DNA of 64,000 nucleotides from Candidatus Moraniibacteriota bacterium (GTDB lineage Bacteria; Patescibacteriota; Minisyncoccia; Moranbacterales; UBA1568): NCBI GenBank assembly GCA_013336285.1, contig JAAXTX010000004.1, positions 624 to 64,623 of the forward strand, read 5' to 3'. Shown piece by piece: positions 56,568 to 64,000 of this stretch (position 1 is its first letter; each line of letters starts with the position of its first letter). The notes under the pieces were generated by a model. It saw only the letters and a program-made list of their open reading frames with translations, ran no database searches and was not told where the DNA came from. The position numbers and the translations under genes were made by a program.

Positions 56568-57641
56568 ATGATCGATCAGAAAAAAATCCGTGTCGGCATA
56601 CTCTTCGGGGGAAAATCGGCCGAACACGAAGTCTCTCTCCGTTCAGCGAAGAGCATTCTCGACGCGTTGGATCGCGACAGATATGAGCCGGTATTGATCG
56701 GTATCGCGAAGGACGGAAAATGGCAGTCGGTGGACGAAAAGCTTCTTCCGCCGGGCGAATCACTCGCCATCGGTTCGACTTCGACCGAAACGGCCCTTGT
56801 GCCTTCATCGGAGGGTGAACTGACGGGAACCGCGGCCGCCGGTCATATCGATGTGGTATTCCCGGTTCTTCACGGACCGTTTGGGGAGGACGGAACGGTG
56901 CAGGGGCTGCTACGTCTCGCGAATGTTCCGTTCGTAGGGCCCGGAGTTCTCGGCTCGGCCGTCGGTATGGATAAGGACGTGATGAAGCGGTTGCTTCGCG
57001 ACGCGGGAATATCGAACGCGAACTTCCTGGTCTTCCGATCGCACGAGCGGATTCCGTTCGAAGCCGTCCGGAATACCCTCGGATTACCGGTCTTCGTGAA
57101 ACCGGCGAATCTCGGATCTTCGGTAGGCGTGAGCAAGGCTTCCGACGAGGAATCGTTCATCGCAGCGGTCGAAGAGGCTTTTCGGTACGATACGAAAATA
57201 ATCGTGGAAGAATCCATCGTCGGGCGGGAAATCGAGTGTGCCGTACTGGGTAACGAACATCCGATCGCTTCCGTGCCCGGGGAAGTCATACCGCATGCCG
57301 AGTTTTATTCGTACGAGGCGAAGTATATTGACGCGGACGGCGCCGGATTCGAGATTCCTGCGAGGCTCGATCCGGAAACGATGAGCCGTATCCAGGATAT
57401 CGCCATACGGACCTTTCGGACGCTTTCCTGCGAGGGGATGGGTCGGGTCGATTGCTTCCTTCGTGCGGATGGGGAAGTGCTCGTCAACGAGATAAATACC
57501 ATTCCCGGATTCACTTCCATCAGCATGTATCCGAAGCTCTGGGAAGCGAGCGGTATCGGGTATGCCGAACTGATCGATCGTCTCATCCGTCTGGCCATCG
57601 ATCGACACGAACGCGACGGGAAACTACTGACTTCGCGTTAA
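56568..57641 (+). CDS. ddl: D-alanine--D-alanine ligase
   Basis: IRVGILFGGKSAEHEVSLRSA N-terminus. ATP-grasp motifs. Confidence 0.85.
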   Translation: MIDQKKIRVGILFGGKSAEHEVSLRSAKSILDALDRDRYEPVLIGIAKDGKWQSVDEKLLPPGESLAIGSTSTETALVPSSEGELTGTAAAGHIDVVFPVLHGPFGEDGTVQGLLRLANVPFVGPGVLGSAVGMDKDVMKRLLRDAGISNANFLVFRSHERIPFEAVRNTLGLPVFVKPANLGSSVGVSKASDEESFIAAVEEAFRYDTKIIVEESIVGREIECAVLGNEHPIASVPGEVIPHAEFYSYEAKYIDADGAGFEIPARLDPETMSRIQDIAIRTFRTLSCEGMGRVDCFLRADGEVLVNEINTIPGFTSISMYPKLWEASGIGYAELIDRLIRLAIDRHERDGKLLTSR

Positions 57642-57664
57642 TCCGAAATATTGTCCGATATCCT

Positions 57665-58294
57665 ATGTCGAAAAAATGCATTATTTTCGATTTGGACGGC
57701 ACGATAGTCGATTCGATGCCTATTCTCCGTTCCTTTGTCGAGCATGAAGGACTGCTTCTCGATGAGCGCGACATCTCCGCACTCCGTGATTTGCCCGCCG
57801 GCGAAGCGTTGGGGAGGCTGGGGATCGGGATGTGGAAACTCCCGTATTTCGCCTGGAGATTTCGCGGTTACTTCAGGGAATCATTGCCGAAAGCCGTCCT
57901 CATAAGCGGTATCGAAGAAGCGGTCAGACGTCTTTACGATGAGGGCCATACGCTCGGCGTCTTGACGACGAACAGTCGCTCGAACGCGATAGCGGTCCTT
58001 GAACGCGGAGGAATCGGTTCCCGTTTTTCATTTGTGAAATCGGAGCGCAATACGTTCGGGAAGTCGAAGGCGCTTCGTCGCATCGTCAACGGATATGCCA
58101 TGAAACCGGAAACCGTCTGGTATGTCGGCGACGAGGTACGAGACATGGTGGCGGCGAGGGAGGCGGGACTTCGTTCACTGGCCGTGACATGGGGTTTCAA
58201 TTCCGAGAAAGCGCTTCGGGCGGCGAATCCGGATGAGATCATTTCAAGACCCGATGATTTGGAGTCCGTCATCTCGCGAGTCATTCCGAACTGA
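57665..58294 (+). CDS. HAD-family hydrolase (phosphoglycolate-phosphatase-like)
   Basis: CIIFDLDGTIVDS motif I, VGDEVRDMVAAREAG motif III/IV. Start at the internal ATG 57665; the track ORF overlaps ddl in another frame. Confidence 0.7.
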   Translation: MSKKCIIFDLDGTIVDSMPILRSFVEHEGLLLDERDISALRDLPAGEALGRLGIGMWKLPYFAWRFRGYFRESLPKAVLISGIEEAVRRLYDEGHTLGVLTTNSRSNAIAVLERGGIGSRFSFVKSERNTFGKSKALRRIVNGYAMKPETVWYVGDEVRDMVAAREAGLRSLAVTWGFNSEKALRAANPDEIISRPDDLESVISRVIPN

Positions 58295-58305
58295 GGGATA
58301 AAAAA

Positions 58306-58340
58306 ATAAAACGGATGGAAGCGTCATGCTTCTCATCCGT
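58306..58340 (-). terminator. Rho-independent terminator for the minus-strand membrane-protein gene
   Basis: The reverse complement gives a bulged hairpin CGGATGAGAAGC..GCTTCCATCCG followed by TTTTATTTTTTT. Confidence 0.45.
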
Positions 58341-58363
58341 ATGCGGCTTCGCGACGCGGCTTT

Positions 58364-58873
58364 TCATGCCACGTTTTTTCGCCTGATTTCTTCGATACGT
58401 CCGCCCGTAAGGTGAAGCGCCAGATAAAAATATACGAAGGGAATCCAAAAGCATAGCAGTGGCCGATCCCAGAAGAGACCAAGAATGACGTTTCCGGCCG
58501 AAATGGCATCTTTCGAGAAGACACTCGTGCAGAAAATTCCGCCGAGATATTTCATCAGAAAGTACGACAGGACGAACGTCGCAGAGGCTTTGATGGTGGC
58601 AGAAGCCTGATCGTTTTTCCTTTTCAGCTGGAAACCGATGCCGGCGTCCTCATAGACGGCGGCAAAACGATTCACGTATCCGTTCGTCAACATTATTGCC
58701 GGGATGAAATACGCGAAACCGAACCATAGCGTGTAAAAGATCGTCGCCATCTCCGCTCCCGATGTCTGGATTTCACGTAACGAACAGGCGAAATAGAATC
58801 CGACCTGATTCATGCCTTGCAGTATCGCAAGGGAAATGAATAAGATCGTCACCGATGGGTCAGAGCGCTTCAT
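58364..58873 (-). CDS. Small integral membrane protein
   Basis: 169-aa ORF with about five hydrophobic helices. No family recognised. Confidence 0.45.
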   Translation of the reverse strand: MKRSDPSVTILFISLAILQGMNQVGFYFACSLREIQTSGAEMATIFYTLWFGFAYFIPAIMLTNGYVNRFAAVYEDAGIGFQLKRKNDQASATIKASATFVLSYFLMKYLGGIFCTSVFSKDAISAGNVILGLFWDRPLLCFWIPFVYFYLALHLTGGRIEEIRRKNVA

Positions 58874-59001
58874 TGGTACTCTCCTTTTTGGATCGTTGGA
58901 AAAAATGTCAAAGAAAATTTAAAAGACATGTTATCATAAAAGTATGAAACTGTCAATGTTTCGATGAAGTTGTCCGCACGGAGAGAAGGACGAAACGCCG
59001 A

Positions 59002-59940
59002 CTAGTCCTGAAGAATTCGACGAGTCGTACGAATCAGAAGGGTGACGATGACGATCGTGAGGATAGCGAAGATTACGAGGGACAGCGAACGGAGGTAGTC
59101 CTCGCCGGTAATGGTGAAAATGACCGACGATGCGATTGACAGGGCGCAGATCGGAAAGGAGAACGCCCACCATGAAAGCGAGAAACGTATCTTCGTGAAC
59201 ATCGGAAAATTTGCGAGAAACAGCAATGCGAGAAAAAGTGCGAAGAAATAGAGAATGTACGCGAATTCGTTCACGTCACCGGCCATTAAAATATAGGAAA
59301 TGGCTCCGACCGCAGGTGGGGCGATAATAATGAAAAAAGTGGGAATGAGTCGCGCCGACAATGTCTTGTGGAAGATGGCGCGGTCCAAAAACAACGCAAG
59401 AAGCATGATCCAGAAGATAATACCGATACTGAAGAAAAACCAAAGATACGAACCGGGAAGAATCCGCATTCCTGCTATCGGTACGATCAGATTTCCAACA
59501 ATCGGAATGAACCAGGACGGGTTAAGGTGATCGGGATGAAATTTATCGTGCCGGATCCAAATGGAAACTATAACGAATGAAAGGATGAGGTGCAACAGTG
59601 TTCCAATGGTCCACAAAACGGTCGCCGTGTCGGGGGAAATATCAAGAAAGGCTATTGAAAGCAGGAGAAGGCCGATCGAGAACGTTGGAAAGAAGTGAAG
59701 ACGGACCGGGTCGTCGAATTCATCGCGTACCAGGTTCGGAAAACGATACCACTTGGCTGCGTACAGGATCGAGAGGACGGAAAAGACGGTCAGCGCGAAA
59801 AGACTGATGATCCAACCGTAGAGCGAATAACCGGTAGTTTGCTCGATTTTTTCCACCGCAAGCGCATAGCCCGCCAGACCCATGACGACTGAAAAAAATG
59901 ATACCGGAAAATCTGATAGTTTTTCGAAAAGCAACTTCAT
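59002..59940 (-). CDS. Polytopic membrane transporter, possibly TDT (TehA/Mae1) family
   Basis: 312 aa with about ten TM helices. Overall pattern is reminiscent of the tellurite-resistance/C4-dicarboxylate transporter family. Weak. Confidence 0.4.
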   Translation of the reverse strand: MKLLFEKLSDFPVSFFSVVMGLAGYALAVEKIEQTTGYSLYGWIISLFALTVFSVLSILYAAKWYRFPNLVRDEFDDPVRLHFFPTFSIGLLLLSIAFLDISPDTATVLWTIGTLLHLILSFVIVSIWIRHDKFHPDHLNPSWFIPIVGNLIVPIAGMRILPGSYLWFFFSIGIIFWIMLLALFLDRAIFHKTLSARLIPTFFIIIAPPAVGAISYILMAGDVNEFAYILYFFALFLALLFLANFPMFTKIRFSLSWWAFSFPICALSIASSVIFTITGEDYLRSLSLVIFAILTIVIVTLLIRTTRRILQD

Positions 59941-60118
59941 ATTTTTCTGAGTTATTCCTGCTACGACGGATTTATCCTGATATGAATATTATACCTGTTC
60001 AAGGAATGCTCAAAGCGTAATGACATACGATGAATCCGTTAAAGGAACGGATATTCGTGGCCTGACCATACGATACGAAAAAAGACCCGCGGAAGCGGGT
60101 CTTTTTCGTTGGCTACTA

Positions 60119-60400
60119 TTAGTAGCGCGGTCGATCGTCACGGCGCGGGCGATCCTCGAGCGGGCGAGCCTCGTTGACAACGAGTTCGCGTCCGTCAAGT
60201 TCCTTCCCGTTCCACATGTCGATGGCCTTGTCTGAATCGGCATCCTCCATTTCGACGAAACCGAAACCGCGTGAGCGGCCGGTCATCTTATCCATGATGA
60301 CCGCGACGGACACCACGGATCCCGCCTGTGAAAAGGCGGAGCGGAGGCTTTCCTCGGTCGTGCCGTAGGAAAGGTTACCGATGTAGAGCTTCTTTGCCAT
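60119..60400 (-). CDS. RRM-domain RNA-binding protein
   Basis: RNP-2 KLYIGNL and RNP-1 RGFGFVEM. Arg/Asp-rich tail. Confidence 0.75.
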   Translation of the reverse strand: MAKKLYIGNLSYGTTEESLRSAFSQAGSVVSVAVIMDKMTGRSRGFGFVEMEDADSDKAIDMWNGKELDGRELVVNEARPLEDRPRRDDRPRY

Positions 60401-60942
60401 AGTTGCAGAAGAATCCTTGTATTAACGCGTAAGACGACCTTCTTCTGGCGCGCCTCCGGCTTGGACCCTTCCGCGCCCCCTTCCGGCGGACCGGTCAGGG
60501 AAATACCAAAAAGAAAACTTACTGACGCCATTGTAGCGTAAAGACGGGAAAAAAGCAAGTCCCTGTGGGCGTTGTGTCGCCGTTTCTGAGACTCTCGGAA
60601 AAGTAAGACGCCTACGGGTCAATTGCTATTTATAAAAAAACCTTATATAAGCCTATAATGTCAAACACATTGTTACTTAATATCTTGATAACATGTGACT
60701 AAGCGATAAATTATGCTTACTGGCAACGGGATTTCCGGAAGAATCATACGGGGCTATTTTTTTGACTCATGCTATATCTGTTTCGGGTAATTCGAATCGG
60801 TCAATTCGGATACATTCAGTCACTTTTCTGTCGAATCGGGAATTTTGGTCGTTTCCAGACTAATTTATTGCATGGCACCAAACGACAAAGTAGGAAATCG
60901 ACTTTCATCGGGCATATCGTGATATACTGTAACCGTTAACTG

Positions 60943-61326
60943 ATGAAGCGCATGGCTATGAATCATTTTCTTGGAAATATCGAGAAGAAAACTCTTGAGA
61001 ACGCGAATTATCGTGAGGTATTGTATACGGGACCGATGATGCAGCTGGTCGTCATGTCCGTTCCGGTCAGCGAGGAGATCGGGGAGGAGATTCATGCGGA
61101 TCATGATCAGTTCATCCGTTGTGTCGCCGGCCAAGGGAAAGCGCTTCTCGATGGTACCTTGTATGACATCACGAACGGGGATGCGATCGTCGTGCCGGCC
61201 GGTACGCGTCATAATGTAATAAACGCGTCGACGACGGATGCGTTGAAATTTTACACGATTTACGCTCCGCCTGAACATAAGCCGGATACGATTCATCCGA
61301 GAAAGAGCGACGTGACGGGCGGATGA
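60943..61326 (+). CDS. Cupin-domain protein
   Basis: GEEIHADHDQFIRCVAGQGKALLDGTLYDITNGDAIVVPAGTRHNVIN matches the cupin_2 pattern. Confidence 0.7.
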   Translation: MKRMAMNHFLGNIEKKTLENANYREVLYTGPMMQLVVMSVPVSEEIGEEIHADHDQFIRCVAGQGKALLDGTLYDITNGDAIVVPAGTRHNVINASTTDALKFYTIYAPPEHKPDTIHPRKSDVTGG

Positions 61327-61506
61327 CATCAGGATGCGTATACAGGCTCACCGGGAGCCTGTTTTTTGTTTCGATCCTGTGATAGTATAGACGTAGAAAA
61401 TTTCAACGTGAGTGGGTGTGAAACGGCACGATACCCCCAGTCGACGCGCGTGCGGATATCGTATGCGAAACGGGTGTCGTGGGAAGATATTCAAGGATAT
61501 CTATTT

Positions 61507-62103
61507 ATGGCGAAACGAACAGCCGATGGTAATCGTAAGGATGTCGCGGGTGCGGTTTCTCCCGAAGGGGGCAGGAAGCATCCGGTCAGCAGTTCCTCAA
61601 GGGACGATCTTTTCGGAAAAGGAATAATGTCGTTCGTAGCGCTATTGATTCTAGCCGGAACGGCATTCTTCATATTGCTCGGATATAGAATCATGCAGAA
61701 TCGGGATGATTCCCGTGAGTCGATCGCGACGCTTGTTCCCGTACGGGAACAGCCCGCGGTGGAATCCGCGCCGAACGAACCCGCCGCCGAGGAGCCGATA
61801 CCTTCCAAGGAGCCTGATAAATCCGCTGTCCAGGTGATCGTCATGAACGGCGGTTCGGTAGCCGGTTCGGCCGCCAAAGCGACAAACATTTTAAAAAATG
61901 CCGGTTATTCGAAGGCGGAAACGGGAAATGCGGACGGAAATTATACGGGTGTGACCGTATTTTACGCGACGGATGCGCAGCAATCGGCGCAACTCGTACG
62001 CGATGCTCTTTTGGCTACGTACAAGAATGCGATCATCAGCCCGGAAGACACCAAGAAACCTGAGACCGGAAAGGCACCGATAGTCGTGATTCTCGGGAAG
62101 TAG
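61507..62103 (+). CDS. LytR_C-domain protein with N-terminal TM
   Basis: VIVMNGGSVAGSAAKATNILKNAGY...VFY matches the LytR/CpsA/Psr C-terminal domain pattern. Start at the internal ATG 61507. Confidence 0.6.
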   Translation: MAKRTADGNRKDVAGAVSPEGGRKHPVSSSSRDDLFGKGIMSFVALLILAGTAFFILLGYRIMQNRDDSRESIATLVPVREQPAVESAPNEPAAEEPIPSKEPDKSAVQVIVMNGGSVAGSAAKATNILKNAGYSKAETGNADGNYTGVTVFYATDAQQSAQLVRDALLATYKNAIISPEDTKKPETGKAPIVVILGK

Positions 62104-62108
62104 CCGTT

Positions 62109-63200
62109 ATGCTTCGAAAACGAGGTGAGAAAAATATGTCTCCATGGGGAGCAGCCCTCACTCTATCGATGGGCGGTTTTTTTGTTTTTGCCTTTCCGGC
62201 GAGCACAAATTATCAGTTGAAAGGTTATGAATTCGGCAGTGGCGGAGATGAGAACATGGCATCCTCGAATTATGCTCTCGATGGCATGACCGGAGAGATC
62301 GGAACGGGAAAACTTTCCGGGACGAGTTATAATTTGGGTGCCGGTCTCTCATTCGCTCAGCAGGCAGATGTGCCGGCCGCACCGACCTTCGACAATCCCT
62401 CGGATACCTATGATAAGTTGCGTCTTATCATTCAGACCGGTGGAAATGCCTCAGATGCGCTTTATGCGGTTGCTATCAGCAGTGATAACTGGGCTACGAC
62501 GCAATACGTTAAAAGTGACATGACCGTCGGCGTTACGCTTGTTATAGGTGATTATAGGACCTATACGAGTTGGGGCGGGGTGTCTGGCGGATATGTGATA
62601 GGACTTTCCCCGAACACGACATATAAGGTGAAAGTGAAGGCGATGCATGGTAAATTCACCGAAACCGGATATGGCCCTGAATCATCGACAACGACCTCGA
62701 CACCGAAACTATCCTTTGATATAGATGTTTCCGCGACTGATTCGGAGACGGGCCCGCCGTTTATGGTGAATTTCGGCAGTCTCTTGGCTGGAACTGTGAC
62801 GGACAGCCCTGTAAAAGTATGGGTTGATTTCGCGACAAACGGAAATTCCGGAGGCAAGGTATTCGTCTCCGATGCGAACGGCGGACTTTTGAGTACGAGT
62901 GCGGGTTCCACCATCGCCGCCACGACTGGTAATTTGACGTCATTATCGTCCGGGTATGGCGCACAAGGATCTTCGGCGACACAGGCGAGCGGTGGACCGT
63001 TCACGATCGCGACTCTTTACGATCAGACAGGTAGTACCGTTGGGACTATCGATACGTCAAAGCGAGAAATATTCACGTCGGCCAATCCTATCACTGCGGG
63101 TCGCGCATCGTTTCTTTTGAAGGTGAAGTCTTCTTCTGTGACACCGGCTGCGGGTGATTATACTGATACCCTGACGGTGATAACCGCGGCGAATTTTTGA
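62109..63200 (+). CDS. Secreted S/T/G-rich hypothetical protein
   Basis: Signal peptide (AALTLSMGGFFVFAFPAST). Beta-rich repetitive composition. Confidence 0.45.
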   Translation: MLRKRGEKNMSPWGAALTLSMGGFFVFAFPASTNYQLKGYEFGSGGDENMASSNYALDGMTGEIGTGKLSGTSYNLGAGLSFAQQADVPAAPTFDNPSDTYDKLRLIIQTGGNASDALYAVAISSDNWATTQYVKSDMTVGVTLVIGDYRTYTSWGGVSGGYVIGLSPNTTYKVKVKAMHGKFTETGYGPESSTTTSTPKLSFDIDVSATDSETGPPFMVNFGSLLAGTVTDSPVKVWVDFATNGNSGGKVFVSDANGGLLSTSAGSTIAATTGNLTSLSSGYGAQGSSATQASGGPFTIATLYDQTGSTVGTIDTSKREIFTSANPITAGRASFLLKVKSSSVTPAAGDYTDTLTVITAANF

Positions 63201-63278
63201 GGCCTTGTGGCTTCGAGCTCCGAAATGTGCTAAAATTTATGCGGACAGTTGATGGGTTACAGGGAAAATAAAAATACT

Positions 63279-64000
63279 ATGAAACGCTCTTTCCGTCCGA
63301 TGGCACTTGTCGGTGTTGTCGCGATACTTTCAGCCTTAACGGGACCATTTTTCTTGGTATCCAGGGTGGAGGCCGCCGGTCTTCAGCAGACGTATGTACG
63401 TCTTGATCGTCTGATGGCATCGACGACGACGGGTGGTACCGTGTGTGCAAGGCCGGAAACGGTAGCGACGGAAACCACGGTGAAGGTGTCTTTTCCGACA
63501 GGTTTTACGGTGAGCGGCACCGCCGGGAACTGGACGGTGACGACTACGAATCTTCCGTCCGGCGCCACTGTCTGGCCGGGCATCGGCACCGCTACGCTCG
63601 TAGCAAGTCAGGATGTGACATTCCCGTCGACGGATCTCACGGTCGGCACGCTGTATTGTTTCAATTTCAGCGGGACCACGACACTGACTACCGGGACGGC
63701 CGGGAATGACAAGACCGGAGTAGTCACGACTCAGGCAGCTGGACCGGCGACGATTGATTCTTCCGGATATGCGCTCTCGATCGTTTCAAACGATCAGATT
63801 GTCGTGTCGGCGACCGTTCCCGCGCTGTTCTCTTTCGCACTCTCCGGGAATACCGATTCGTTCGTCTCGAATCTTTCTACGACGACTACGTCGACTACGG
63901 GTCGGACGGTTACCCTGACGACGAACGCCAATGCCGGCTGGATCGCATGGGTAAAAAGTGCGAACGCGGCGCTGAGCTCCACATCGATATCTAAGACAAT
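63279..64000 (+). CDS. Secreted Thr-rich surface protein, 3' partial (runs off window)
   Basis: ATG at 63279. Signal peptide MKRSFRPMALVGVVAILSALTGPFFLVSRVEAA. Open to the window end. Not in the ORF track because no stop is reached. Confidence 0.45.
   Translation, partial: MKRSFRPMALVGVVAILSALTGPFFLVSRVEAAGLQQTYVRLDRLMASTTTGGTVCARPETVATETTVKVSFPTGFTVSGTAGNWTVTTTNLPSGATVWPGIGTATLVASQDVTFPSTDLTVGTLYCFNFSGTTTLTTGTAGNDKTGVVTTQAAGPATIDSSGYALSIVSNDQIVVSATVPALFSFALSGNTDSFVSNLSTTTTSTTGRTVTLTTNANAGWIAWVKSANAALSSTSISKT

Overview
This window is a compact bacterial chromosomal segment. Housekeeping genes are densely packed and roughly 55% GC, and several AT-rich segments look accessory. I estimated GC by eye and could not run any searches, so every family name below is a recollection of motif patterns, not a database hit.

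Clear core genes: ftsH, tilS, gmk, rpsA, gyrA, rpsO, pnp, pyk, ddl, rsmA, msrB and msrA, htpX with LemA, a PiT phosphate transporter with its DUF47 partner, a YifB/ComM ATPase, malic enzyme, lspA, a DksA/TraR zinc finger, rbfA, a DHH-family NrnA-like phosphoesterase, a family-4 uracil-DNA glycosylase, an HD hydrolase, a GT2 glycosyltransferase, an M23 peptidase and an RRM RNA-binding protein. There are seven intact tRNAs: Leu-TAA, Cys-GCA, Arg-CCT, Ala-GGC, Val-GAC and Ser-GGA. Most lack an encoded CCA.

Things worth a second look:
1. A TrmB-like regulator sits divergent to two transcription units that carry the same palindromic leader element. One unit encodes a ~100-aa ADP-ribosyltransferase-fold protein (H-G-T motif, resembling the NAD-binding lobe of Tpt1/KptA) plus a small two-helix membrane protein. 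The other encodes a radical-SAM/SPASM enzyme. This is a candidate undescribed peptide-modification or NAD-utilising cassette.
2. A low-GC island at 1-3420 holds a tandem array of four diverged small paralogs with a shared winged-helix-like C-terminus, next to a possibly Abi-like protein.
3. At 3514-4015, three ~145-bp GC-rich tandem repeat units contain hairpins whose sequence differs between units but whose pairing is kept.
4. An AT-rich 700-bp intergenic region carries seven spaced copies of a 14-bp CACGTG-centred palindrome.
5. A partial duplicate of the first 69 nt of tRNA-Ser, with a 36-nt double-hairpin insertion, sits just upstream of the intact tRNA-Ser. A low-GC gene with an Rx5H (HEPN-like) motif follows.
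6. One gene fuses an XRE-type HTH to a PEP-utilising phosphohistidine swivel domain.
7. Two NYN/LabA genes lie in tandem between rpsO and pnp.
8. A small CutA/Nif3-cap-like gene is broken by frameshifts.
9. An A-rich, hairpin-dense 700-nt noncoding stretch lies upstream of yraN.
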